A DNA stretch of 64,000 nt from a bacterium. Lineage in GTDB: Bacteria; UBA8248. Below, in pieces: positions 1-8,744 of the stretch. Both the position numbers and the translations under genes were made by a program. The notes beneath the pieces were generated by a model that was given only the letters and a program-made list of their open reading frames with translations, was not told the DNA's origin and searched no databases. Each line of letters opens with the position of its first letter. Position 1 is the first letter of the stretch. The stretch lies in the NCBI GenBank assembly GCA_965199855.1, contig OZ241326.1:384001-448000 (forward strand), in the 5' to 3' direction.

Positions 1-65
1 TGACGGCCGTCCTGCACGGCTGGAACGGGAGCAGCCGCTCCGTCTCCCGCGCCTTCGGGGCCTGA
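1..65 (+). CDS. 3' end of a further paralog of the uncharacterised ~340-aa 'WSDGLPVV' family (partial, runs off window)
   Basis: Frame from base 3 reads TAVLHGWNGSSRSVSRAFGA* (TGA 63-65), matching the C-termini of the next genes (SAVCHGWSGGSRAVHGTYEV; TAVMPGWVDGSEAVSVSYRP). Confidence 0.8.
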   Translation, partial: TAVLHGWNGSSRSVSRAFGA

Positions 66-97
66 GCCGTCCGCATCGCGCGGCGAGGAGAAAGGCG

Positions 98-1126
98 TTG
101 AGCGATTCGCCGGATGAATTCGAATTCTTTCTGGAAAAGCCCTGGTCGGACGGTCTGCCCGTCGTCACGCCCTCGGAGGAGCGCGTCGAGCGGATGCTCT
201 CGGGCGCGCGAAGAGGCCCGGAGGAGGCGATAGGCCCCGTCCCCCCCGCCATGGGCGAGGCCACCGTCCGCAGCGTGGCGGTTCACGCGGTCATGGCGGG
301 CTGCAAGCCGGCGTATCTGCCCGTCGTCCTGGGCGCCGTCTCCCTCATGCTGCGGGAGGAGTTCAACGTGAACGGCGTGCAGGGGACGATGCACGGCGTG
401 GCGCCCCTGATGATCGTGAACGGCCCCTACGCGGAGGAGATCGGCGTTCACGGGGGCAACGGCTGCTTCGGCCCCGGCTTTCGCGCCAACGCGACCATCG
501 GCCGCGCCATTCGCCTGATTCTGATGAACCTGGGCGGCGGCATCCCGGGCGTCTCCTCGATGACGATTTTCGGCACGCCGCTACGCTACACCGCGTGCGT
601 CGCGGAAAACGCGGAGTTTCACCCCTGGGCGCCGCTCGCCTGCTCCAGGGGATACGGGGCGGAGGAGAACGTGATCACGATGGCGATGGTGGAAAGCCCG
701 CGCCTCACCTTCGACGACGTGAGCGAGGAGCCGGGGCGCCTGCTGCGGGGAATCGCGGACGCCATGACGGGCCTGGGCTCCTGGAACATGCACGCGCCCA
801 GAACCGACATGGTGGTCGCCCTGAACCCCCAGCACGCGAAAATCTGCGCGGACGGCGGCCTCGGACGCGAGGAGGTTCACCGGCGGCTTTGCGCGCTGGC
901 CGGCCGCCGGGTGAAGGAGCTCAGGCGCGGCGGCAACTGGCGGCGCGAGCGCGCCCTGGCCATGCCGATCGACGTCGATCCCGACGATGGGGAGTTCTTC
1001 GTTCCCGTCATCAAGGATCCGCGCGACCTGCACCTCATCGTCGCGGGCGGCTGGGGTTCGGGAAGCGCCGTCTGCCACGGGTGGAGCGGCGGAAGCCGCG
1101 CCGTTCACGGGACGTATGAGGTTTGA
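98..1126 (+). CDS. Uncharacterised protein, UGSC-associated 'WSDGLPVV' family, first complete copy
   Basis: 342 aa, TTG start after AGGAG. Motifs KPWSDGLPVV, AVHAVMAGC, IVNGP, GPGFRANATIGRA, NLGGG, CVAEN. Confidence 0.85.
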   Translation: MSDSPDEFEFFLEKPWSDGLPVVTPSEERVERMLSGARRGPEEAIGPVPPAMGEATVRSVAVHAVMAGCKPAYLPVVLGAVSLMLREEFNVNGVQGTMHGVAPLMIVNGPYAEEIGVHGGNGCFGPGFRANATIGRAIRLILMNLGGGIPGVSSMTIFGTPLRYTACVAENAEFHPWAPLACSRGYGAEENVITMAMVESPRLTFDDVSEEPGRLLRGIADAMTGLGSWNMHAPRTDMVVALNPQHAKICADGGLGREEVHRRLCALAGRRVKELRRGGNWRRERALAMPIDVDPDDGEFFVPVIKDPRDLHLIVAGGWGSGSAVCHGWSGGSRAVHGTYEV

Positions 1127-1168
1127 CCCCGGAGTCGGCCGCGAGGAGCGAAGCGGCGGGGCGCGCCC

Positions 1169-2185
1169 ATGGATGAGTTCGAGTTCTTCTTCGGGAAGCC
1201 CTGGTCGGACGGCCTGCCCGTCGTTCCCCCCACCCCGGAGCGGGTGGCCGCCATGCTCGCCGGCGCGCGGCTGGAAGCCTCCGAAGTCGTCGGCCGCGTG
1301 CCGCCCCTCATGGAGGAGGCGAGCGTGGAGGCGGTCGCTGTCCACGCCGTCATGGCGGGGTGCGCGCCCCCGTTTCTGCCCGTCGTGGTCGCCGGCCTCC
1401 GCGCCGTTCTCGCCCCGGCGCTCAATCTGAACGGGGTGCAGGGGACGATGCACGGCGCCGCCCCCCTGCTCATCGTGAACGGCCCCTACGCGAGGGAAAT
1501 CGGCCTGCACGGCGGCGCGGGGTGCTTCGGCCCCGGCTTTCGGGCGAACGCGGCCATCGGCCGCGCGATTCGCCTGATTCTGATGAACCTGGGCGGGGGC
1601 GTTCCCGTCTCCGCCTCGATGAGCACCTTCGGCTCGCCCGCCCGATACGCCTTCTGCGTCGCCGAGAACGAGGCGGAAAGTCCCTGGGCGCCGCTCTCCG
1701 CCGGGAGGGGGTTTCGGGAGGAAGAGGACGTCGTGACGGCCGTCATGGCCGAGGCGCCCCAGGGCTACATCGACGACCGCTCGAAGGAGCCGGAGGCCCT
1801 CTTCGTGGGGCTGGCCGACAAAATCTCCACCCTGGGGTCGCTGAACATCTGGCTGAAGACCCAAGTCGCCGTCGCCATGGGCCCCGATCACGCGCGTATG
1901 TGCGCGGCCGCGGGGATGGGCAAGGAGGACGTTCGCCGCAGAATCATCGAGCTGGCGCGCAGACCCCTGGGCGAGCTCAGGCGCTCGGGCTACTGGCGCG
2001 AGGAGCTGCCCGCCGGATGGCCGCTCGACGCCGACCCGCGCGATGATTCGTTCCCGGTTCCGGCGATCAAGGACGCGGACGATCTCATCCTCATCGTGGC
2101 CGGCGGGACCCCCGGGCCGGTGACGGCCGTCATGCCCGGCTGGGTGGACGGAAGCGAGGCGGTCTCGGTTTCCTATCGGCCGTAA
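1169..2185 (+). CDS. Uncharacterised protein, UGSC-associated 'WSDGLPVV' family, second complete copy
   Basis: 338 aa, full-length colinear with 98..1126. Shares the exact DNA run attcgcctgattctgatgaacctgggcgg with it. Confidence 0.85.
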   Translation: MDEFEFFFGKPWSDGLPVVPPTPERVAAMLAGARLEASEVVGRVPPLMEEASVEAVAVHAVMAGCAPPFLPVVVAGLRAVLAPALNLNGVQGTMHGAAPLLIVNGPYAREIGLHGGAGCFGPGFRANAAIGRAIRLILMNLGGGVPVSASMSTFGSPARYAFCVAENEAESPWAPLSAGRGFREEEDVVTAVMAEAPQGYIDDRSKEPEALFVGLADKISTLGSLNIWLKTQVAVAMGPDHARMCAAAGMGKEDVRRRIIELARRPLGELRRSGYWREELPAGWPLDADPRDDSFPVPAIKDADDLILIVAGGTPGPVTAVMPGWVDGSEAVSVSYRP

Positions 2186-2238
2186 GCCCCGCCGGGGCGC
2201 GGCATCTTGGCCGCGGGCGGGCTTCGGAGGAGGCGCGC

Positions 2239-3258
2239 ATGGACGAATTCGAGTTTTTCTTCGACAAGGAATGGTCGGACGGCCTGCCCGTCGTGCCGCC
2301 CACGGAGGCGCGAATCGCCTCGATGCTTTCGGGGACGAGGAGAGAGCCGGAGGAGGTTCTCGGCCGCGTCGCCCCCGCGGGGGGCGAGCTCAGCGTCCGG
2401 GGCGCGGCCGTCCACGCCGTGATGGCGGGCTGCAGGCCCGAATACATGCCGGTGCTGCTCGCCGGGCTGGAGGCGCTTCTCGACGAGCGCTTCAACGTGA
2501 ACCTGATTCAGGCCACGACGAGCGCGGGCGCGCCCTTTCTGCTGGTCAACGGCCCCTACGCGCGCGAGATAGGGATGCGCGGCGGGGCGGGCTGCATGGG
2601 CCCCGGCTTTCGCGCGAACCTCACCATCGGGCGCGCCGCGCGGCTCGTCATGATGAACGTGGGCGGCGGCGTCCCCGGCGTCACCTGCCTCGGCGGCTTC
2701 GGCGGCCCCTGGCGCAGCTCGTTCTGCCTCATGGAGAACGAGGAGGAATCCCCCTGGGAGTCCTACGCGGAGGCGAAGGGGTTTTCGCGCGAGGACAACG
2801 TGGCGACCATGATTCCCCTCGAGGGCCCCGCGCAGGTGTGGGACGACGCGAGCCGGACCCCCGACCGCCTGCTCGTCGCCGTCGCCGACATGATGTCCGC
2901 CCTGGGCGCGCCCAACGTGTATCGGCAGGCGGACATGGCGGTCGTCCTGGGCGCGCAGCACGCGCGCCTTTGCGCGGAGGCGGGGCTTTCGCGCGCCGAG
3001 GTTCACCGCAGGCTGATGGAGACGGCCGGGCGCCGCGTGGGGGAGATCAGGCGCGGCGGCATCTGGCGCGGCGCGGAGGGGGCGAGCCGCTGGCCGTTTC
3101 CCGTGGACGTGTCGGATGACGACTTCTTCGTGCCCGCCGTGGGCGATCCCGACGACCTGCACCTCATCGTCGCCGGAAGCCCGGGTTCGCCCTCGAGCAT
3201 GGTCATGCACGGCATCACCGTCGCCTGCCGCGCCGTGAGCAGGAAGTTCGAGGCGTGA
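2239..3258 (+). CDS. Uncharacterised protein, UGSC-associated 'WSDGLPVV' family, third complete copy
   Basis: 339 aa, GGAGG RBS, same motif series (EWSDGLPVVPPT, MAGC, VNGP, GPGFRANLTIGRA, ENEEESPW). Confidence 0.85.
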   Translation: MDEFEFFFDKEWSDGLPVVPPTEARIASMLSGTRREPEEVLGRVAPAGGELSVRGAAVHAVMAGCRPEYMPVLLAGLEALLDERFNVNLIQATTSAGAPFLLVNGPYAREIGMRGGAGCMGPGFRANLTIGRAARLVMMNVGGGVPGVTCLGGFGGPWRSSFCLMENEEESPWESYAEAKGFSREDNVATMIPLEGPAQVWDDASRTPDRLLVAVADMMSALGAPNVYRQADMAVVLGAQHARLCAEAGLSRAEVHRRLMETAGRRVGEIRRGGIWRGAEGASRWPFPVDVSDDDFFVPAVGDPDDLHLIVAGSPGSPSSMVMHGITVACRAVSRKFEA

Positions 3259-3260
3259 GG

Positions 3261-4208
3261 CTAATATCCCCCTGAAGGCTTCGCCTTGTTTGCGCTGAAG
3301 TCGAGCAGATAGGTCTCATCGTCTATCTTGAAGAACGTCACATCCGTTCTTCCATGCTTCTCCAGATGCTCTTTTGTTACATACTCTCCCGAGGGCACTC
3401 CCAGCCGCTTTCGGAGATACGCGCCAAGCAGGCTGTTGTCTCTGGTGGTATGAAGTCCTTTTCCGCTGTCCTGCGCCCGAACGAAAATAAAAGCCTCGCC
3501 GTCGTCCGTATGGACGGTAAAAGGCGCATGGCGTTCGGGGAAGAAATCGCCGTCTCCTATCCTGACGGGAATGTTGATGTAAGCCTGGTTTTTGTTTCGT
3601 CCCCGGCGCTGTCCCCAGTTGACGCCTGATCTCTTGGGCGTCTCTTTGGTCTTGCTGTCGAGCAAGGACAGCGTGACTTCCTCAAGGCCCCTCGCTTCTT
3701 TCTGGGCGATGCTTTGGGATATGAGCATCCGTCTGCGTATGCTGGATTCCCTGCAGTCCGTAGTGTGCTTGAGCGCGCGCTCATAAAACTGATTCGCCCC
3801 AGCCGGATCGGAAGAAGCCATCCCCTCGATCTGATTTCCCCCGAACCCCGCCATGGTGTAGTTCGCCGAGCCGCAGAAGGCGCTCTCGGGCTCGCCTTTG
3901 TCATTCAGCCATACATACGATTTGACGTGGACGGGATTTCCCCGCGTCACGTATCGGCACTGAAATTCGATCCCGCCCTGGGGGGCGTCAGCCAGTTTGC
4001 GAAACGCGGAATGCTGCGCCTCCTGCATTCCATACGCGACGGTCATTCCCACGATAAGATCGATGGAAACCTCAAGATTTTCTTTGCGCAGATGCTCCAT
4101 GTGGCTATCCGCCATTCCCGCGGTGGCGAATCCGCTGACAATGCGCAATTTGCGAAACTTGCGGGCCGGCTCCAGCAGAACGCGCTGAAGCAGGCTGTTG
4201 CTGATCAC
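3261..4208 (-). CDS. PLD-domain restriction endonuclease (NgoFVII/CglI R-subunit-like)
   Basis: HVK...GSANYT PLD-nuclease motif, C-terminal region resembling a B3-type DNA-binding domain. Start overlaps the MTase stop by 4 nt. Visibly lower GC. Confidence 0.8.
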   Translation of the reverse strand: MISNSLLQRVLLEPARKFRKLRIVSGFATAGMADSHMEHLRKENLEVSIDLIVGMTVAYGMQEAQHSAFRKLADAPQGGIEFQCRYVTRGNPVHVKSYVWLNDKGEPESAFCGSANYTMAGFGGNQIEGMASSDPAGANQFYERALKHTTDCRESSIRRRMLISQSIAQKEARGLEEVTLSLLDSKTKETPKRSGVNWGQRRGRNKNQAYINIPVRIGDGDFFPERHAPFTVHTDDGEAFIFVRAQDSGKGLHTTRDNSLLGAYLRKRLGVPSGEYVTKEHLEKHGRTDVTFFKIDDETYLLDFSANKAKPSGGY

Positions 4209-5215
4209 AGGGAACGCCTGGAGACGTGATGCCTGACGAGCGCGTCAAGAACGCCCCGGAAAATAACTTCCGCGCCCCTTGGAGGAACGGCCATTCCGAT
4301 TTGTCTGCGGACGGATTCCTTGCCGCCCCGGAAAACGAAGTCGTCGGGAAAAGTCTGGAGGCGGGCGCGCTCCCTGTTCGTCAATGCGCGGTTCTCTTTC
4401 CAGTGGTAGATGTGGGTTCCGCCGCCGCCCGAGCCCGTCACGGTGTAGCTTGGCGCGTCGGGCTTCAGCCGCTTGTATATCTGGCTTATTTTTGCGCCTT
4501 TGACGCGCAACTTCAGATGCTCCGGCAATTCGGCGGTAAAGGCGTTTTCTCCCGGGCGGATGTATCTCAGCCGCTCGACCACGTTCTTCGATTGTCTGGT
4601 CAGCTCGTTGTTGGGAGCGGTCGCGGGAATTTTCGAGAGCGCGCGTTCAGCCGCCACGGGCTTTTTCTTGTGGGTTGGAGCGGGATGCCTGAAATGCCGG
4701 ATATCCAGATCCTTGCGAAAGCCGACGATGATAATCCTGTGGCGGGTTTGCGGGACGCCGTATTCCTCAAAGCGGTACGTGTGGGGAAACAGGCGGTATC
4801 CCGCTTTTTCCAGCGACTCGAGGATGGTGTTGAAATCTCGCTTCCCTCCGCTTGACTTGATGCCGTTCACGTTCTCCGCAACAAAGAAGGAGGGCTGTTT
4901 GATCTCGAGCGCCTTCACCCCCCAGGCGTAAAGCCCCCCGTATCGCCCGGATATGCCCTGCCGCTCTCCCACCACGCTGAAGTCGTTGCACGGGAAGCCG
5001 AACACCAGTCCATCGATGTCGGGCATCTTCTCCAAATCGATCTCGGCGACATCCCCGCATATCACCGATGGTATGGGGACGTTTCCTCTGAGCGTCCGGC
5101 AGGCGTCCTCGTCGTTGTCGTTCGCCCAGACGCAGGAAAATCCCGCCCTGTGCGCTCCGAGCGCCATGCCGCCTGCGCCGGAGAACAATTCAGCTATTCT
5201 ATAGGGCCTGTTCAT
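4205..5215 (-). CDS. dcm: DNA (cytosine-5)-methyltransferase
   Basis: Motif I ELFSGAGG, catalytic FPC, ENV, QTRHR, RERARLQTFPD, QIGMAVPP. Confidence 0.95.
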   Translation of the reverse strand: MNRPYRIAELFSGAGGMALGAHRAGFSCVWANDNDEDACRTLRGNVPIPSVICGDVAEIDLEKMPDIDGLVFGFPCNDFSVVGERQGISGRYGGLYAWGVKALEIKQPSFFVAENVNGIKSSGGKRDFNTILESLEKAGYRLFPHTYRFEEYGVPQTRHRIIIVGFRKDLDIRHFRHPAPTHKKKPVAAERALSKIPATAPNNELTRQSKNVVERLRYIRPGENAFTAELPEHLKLRVKGAKISQIYKRLKPDAPSYTVTGSGGGGTHIYHWKENRALTNRERARLQTFPDDFVFRGGKESVRRQIGMAVPPRGAEVIFRGVLDALVRHHVSRRSL

Positions 5216-5654
5216 TTTTTCGTCTTGAATCGCCGGGCGCCCACTCCTCGGATTCTCTGATTTTTCTCGCGAGTTTCGTGATCTTCCGGGGCTCCGCTTC
5301 GCACTCCCATAGGACGAAAACCCTCCATCCCATCTTCTTCAGGATAACACGGACTTTCTGGAAGCGATCGATGTTTCTCTTCAGTTTGGGGCGCCAATAG
5401 TCCTGGTTCGATTTTGGCATTGCGGCCCTCTTGCAGCCCTTGTGCTGATGCCAGAAGCATCCGTGAATGAATACGATCGCCCGATGCTTCTTCAAGACAA
5501 TGTCGGGGCTGCCGGGAATATCCTTTTGGTGCAGACGAAATCGAAGCCCCCGTCGATGGAGTCCCGAGCGAACGGAAATCTCGGGCTTCGTATTCTTTGA
5601 GCGAATCCTGGACATAATCCGGCTTCGCTCTTCCTTGGTGAATGCGTCGGCCAC
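5199..5654 (-). CDS. vsr: Very short patch repair endonuclease
   Basis: GTG start at 5654. RSRIMSRIRSKNTKPE, PGSPDIV, FIHGCFWHQH, GWRVFVLWEC. Confidence 0.93.
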   Translation of the reverse strand: MADAFTKEERSRIMSRIRSKNTKPEISVRSGLHRRGLRFRLHQKDIPGSPDIVLKKHRAIVFIHGCFWHQHKGCKRAAMPKSNQDYWRPKLKRNIDRFQKVRVILKKMGWRVFVLWECEAEPRKITKLARKIRESEEWAPGDSRRKNEQAL

Positions 5655-5719
5655 GGAAATCTTCGCCTCCAGGGGCCCGCGCGTTCTTGAATGCCCCGCC
5701 CCCTCCGATCCACGCCGGG

Positions 5720-7969
5720 CTACCCGCCCCTTTTCTCCCTCATCGCCCGGCAGACGCGCTCGGGGGTGATGGGCAGGTCGCGGACCTCCGCGCCGATGGC
5801 GTCGTTGATCGCAAGCGCCACGGCGGCGGGGGCGTTGTTGCAGGGGGGCTCGCCCACGCCGCGCGCCCCGTAGGGCCCCGCCCCCTCGCCGCATTCGAGG
5901 ACGACGGATTCAACCTCGCCGATGTCGGACGACGTGGGGATGAGATACTCGTGGAAGCTCTGGGAGCGGCAGTCTCCCTCGACCATGGTGATTTCCTCGT
6001 GCAGCGCGTAGCCGATGCCCATTACCGCCCCGCCCTCGAACTGCCCCTCCACGCTCACGGGGTTGAGGGCGCGCCCCACGTCGTGGGCGGCCACGTGCTT
6101 CAGGAGGTTCACCTCGCCGGTCTCCGCGTCCACCTCCACCTCGCTGGCGTGGACGCCGAAGGTGTAGTCCGACCAGCCGCCCATGCCGTTCAGGTAGCGC
6201 CCGGGGTTCTCGTAGTCGTGTCCCGGCATGTTGTAGCCGTGCGTGCAGTGGAGCGATTCGCCCATCCTCTTCGCCTCGCCGGCCGCGGCGCCTATCCCGA
6301 TTCTCCGCTCGGGCGCGGAGGCCACCCACGCCTCGCCGCCGCCCATGCGCACGTCCTCCTCCGCCGCCTCCAGCAGGGAGGCCGCGCCCCTCGTCGCCGC
6401 CTTGCGGACCTCCTCGGCCGCCAGCCGGACGGCCTGCCCCGCCATGAGGGTCTGGCGCGAGCCGGCGGTGATGCCCGAGAGCGGCGTGGTGGCGGAATCG
6501 GAGAGGCGGGTGGAGACCTGATCGAGCCTGAGCCCCAGCGCCTCGGCGGTGATGCTCTGGAGCGTGGCGCCCTGGCCCGCGCCGATGTCCGGCGCGCTCA
6601 CGCGGACGACGGCGCTTCCGTCGGGCTCGAGGTGAACCGCCGCGTTCGCGTCGTCGTGCGGCCTTCCGTAGCCGGTGATGTTCGCCGCCGCCGCCCGGCC
6701 GACCCGCTTGCCCGGGCGCGGCTTCGAGGGTTCGCCCAGGGCGCGGAAGGCGCCCTCCAGGCACCCCTCCAGGTTCGGCTCGTAGGGGATCTTCTGGCCG
6801 GTGGGCAGCGCCTGCCCCTTCTGGATGAAGTTCTTCCGCCGCAGCTCGTATTTGTCCATGCCGAGGGCGTCGGCGACCAGGTTCATCTGGTTCTCGTAGG
6901 CGAAGCAGACCTGGTTCGAGCCGACGCCGCGCATGGCGTTGGTGATGGGGTTGTTGGTGAGGTAGCCGTGGGCGCGAATCGCCGCGTTGGGCACGTCGTA
7001 GGGCCCCGCGGCGATGCACATGGCGCCCAGGAGGAACAGGTTGGACTTGTAGGGGTAGGCGCCCGCGTCGCCCACGATGTCCGCCTGCACGGCCAGGATT
7101 TTCCCGTCTTTCGCCGCCGCCGTCCTGTAGTTCATGTAGAAGGGGTGCTTCTTCGAGGTGTTGCGGATGCCCTCCTCCCGGCCGAGAACCATCACGGCGG
7201 GCCGCCGCGTCAGCCAGGTGAGCAGCGCCAGATAGGGCTCGACGGTCAGCATCCCCTTGGCGCCGAAGCCGCCGCCGACGTAGGTTCCGAGGTGGCGGAC
7301 GCGGCTGTGGGGAATCCCCAGAATCGCCGCGACGGCGCGGTAGTATTCGATGAGCTGCGTGCCTACGCGGATGGTGAGGACGCCGTCCTCCTCCATCCAG
7401 GAGGTGCCGGAGGCGGGCTCCAGAAAGGCGTGCTCGGCGAGCTGGGTGGTGTAGGTCTTCTCGACCACCGCGTCGGCTTCGGCGAACGCGGCCTCCGGGT
7501 CGCCGCGGCGCACCTCGAAGTCGCAGGCCTGGCGCTTCTCCGCGCTCGCCTCGTCGTGGCGCGTCGTCCACACCCCCTCCTGCGCGTCTATCTCCACCTC
7601 GATGGCCGCGATGGCGGCGTCGAGCGCCTCCCTCGTTTCCGCGCCCACGACGGCGAGGGCGTCTCCCGTGAATTCGATCCTGTCCTCCACCAGCACCGGC
7701 TGATGCGGCAGGCCCGGCGAGCCGGAGCCGAACCGCGCGTTCTGGCCGGGGATGTCCTTCGCGGTCAGGACGGCGGCGACGCCGGGAATTTTCTCGGCCG
7801 CCGAGGCGTCGAGCCTCCTCAGGCGGCCCACGGGGACGGGCGTGAACAGGACGCCGCACTGAAGGGCGTTCGCGGGCGCCGCGTCCTCGCCGTAGGGCAT
7901 GGAGCCGTCCGCCTTCGGGATGGAGTCGTACCGGACGTTCGGCTTGCCGATGATGTCGTAGTCAGCCAT
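5720..7969 (-). CDS. Xanthine dehydrogenase/aldehyde oxidase family molybdopterin-binding subunit
   Basis: ATG 7969 with AAGGAG RBS. EHAFLEP, VGGGFGAKG, AMRGVG, DIGAGQG, AGSR, GQFEGG, GARGVGEPP. Confidence 0.93.
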   Translation of the reverse strand: MADYDIIGKPNVRYDSIPKADGSMPYGEDAAPANALQCGVLFTPVPVGRLRRLDASAAEKIPGVAAVLTAKDIPGQNARFGSGSPGLPHQPVLVEDRIEFTGDALAVVGAETREALDAAIAAIEVEIDAQEGVWTTRHDEASAEKRQACDFEVRRGDPEAAFAEADAVVEKTYTTQLAEHAFLEPASGTSWMEEDGVLTIRVGTQLIEYYRAVAAILGIPHSRVRHLGTYVGGGFGAKGMLTVEPYLALLTWLTRRPAVMVLGREEGIRNTSKKHPFYMNYRTAAAKDGKILAVQADIVGDAGAYPYKSNLFLLGAMCIAAGPYDVPNAAIRAHGYLTNNPITNAMRGVGSNQVCFAYENQMNLVADALGMDKYELRRKNFIQKGQALPTGQKIPYEPNLEGCLEGAFRALGEPSKPRPGKRVGRAAAANITGYGRPHDDANAAVHLEPDGSAVVRVSAPDIGAGQGATLQSITAEALGLRLDQVSTRLSDSATTPLSGITAGSRQTLMAGQAVRLAAEEVRKAATRGAASLLEAAEEDVRMGGGEAWVASAPERRIGIGAAAGEAKRMGESLHCTHGYNMPGHDYENPGRYLNGMGGWSDYTFGVHASEVEVDAETGEVNLLKHVAAHDVGRALNPVSVEGQFEGGAVMGIGYALHEEITMVEGDCRSQSFHEYLIPTSSDIGEVESVVLECGEGAGPYGARGVGEPPCNNAPAAVALAINDAIGAEVRDLPITPERVCRAMREKRGG

Positions 7970-8099
7970 CTGCTCGCTCCTTGAAGATGAAGAGGGCATT
8001 CGCGGGATCGGGCCTGATCTTGCCAGAATTCGGCGAGGGCGGGAAGCGGGGCGGCTTCGTCCGCGCCTCGCGCGGGCGCGGTTCCGCCTTCGGGCGGCG

Positions 8100-8129
8100 T
8101 GGACAAGGGCGCGGTTCGCGGGCTATGAT
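8100..8129 (+). promoter_or_regulatory. Putative sigma70 promoter of the UGSC operon
   Basis: TGGACA-N18-TATGAT about 40 nt upstream of ATG 8171. Confidence 0.45.
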
Positions 8130-8170
8130 TCGCGGGCCTTTTGAGTTCACCCATTCTATTGGAGAGCGCC

Positions 8171-8701
8171 ATGGCGAACGATATGGGATTCATCGACCCC
8201 ACGGCGGGCGGCTCGGCCGCGAAGGTCGAACCCGCGCCCCGCCCCGCCGACCTTTCCGGCAAGGTGGTGGGGCTCCTCGACAACACGAAGGAGCAGGCGG
8301 ACATCATCCTGGACGCCCTGGGGGGCGCGCTTCGCGAGCGATACGACGTGGCGAAAGTCGTCTCGATGCGCAAGGAGCACTACTCGAAGCCCGCCACGGA
8401 CGAGATGATCGAGGAAATGTCCCGGGAGGTGGACGTGGCGATAGCCGCGCTCGGGGGCTGAGGCTCCTGCACGTTGTGCAGTGTGCACGACACGGTGGAA
8501 TTCGAGAAGCGGGGCGTTCCTTCGACCACCATCATCACCGAGGCGTTCAGGAACGCGGCGGACTTCCAGTTCCGGGGCAAGGGCATGGAGGGACACCCCT
8601 ACGTTCAGCTGCCCCACCCGGTCAGCAATCTCCGGCCCGACGAGATGCGCGAGACGACGCTGAGGTTCGTCGAGGAAGTCGCGAGCCATCTGAAGGGCTG
8701 A
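8171..8701 (+). CDS. UGSC-family selenoprotein (176 aa, Sec at codon 97, TGA 8459-8461)
   Basis: ORFs 8141..8461 and 8474..8701 are in the same frame. Read-through gives AIAALGG-U-GSCTLCSVHDTVEFEKRGVP. GGAGAG RBS before ATG 8171. Hairpin follows the TGA. Confidence 0.9.
8470..8497 (+). promoter_or_regulatory. Candidate bacterial SECIS element
   Basis: gttgtgca (8473-8480) pairs with tgcacgac (8484-8491), one G-U pair. Apical loop GTG starts 20 nt after the UGA. Confidence 0.65.
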
Positions 8702-8744
8702 GGCGAGGCGGGGGGCGGGAAGGCGTTTTCCGGGAGGGGCGCGC

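Larger units (their letters stand above)
3259..5700 (-). mobile_element. Probable horizontally acquired restriction-modification cassette (vsr-dcm-REase)
   Basis: Three overlapping genes with visibly lower GC and different codon use than the flanks. No integrase or terminal repeats seen, so boundaries are approximate. Confidence 0.55.

Noticed and set aside
63-3258. Sec read-through at the TGA stops of the array paralogs (63-65, 1124-1126, 3256-3258)
   Set aside because: The stops align with the TAA stop of the 1169..2185 copy, so they are true ends.
8141-8701. Treating 8141..8461 and 8474..8701 as two genes, or ogt as a nonsense pseudogene
   Set aside because: Each TGA falls exactly on a catalytic Cys position, with intact downstream coding and a SECIS-like hairpin.
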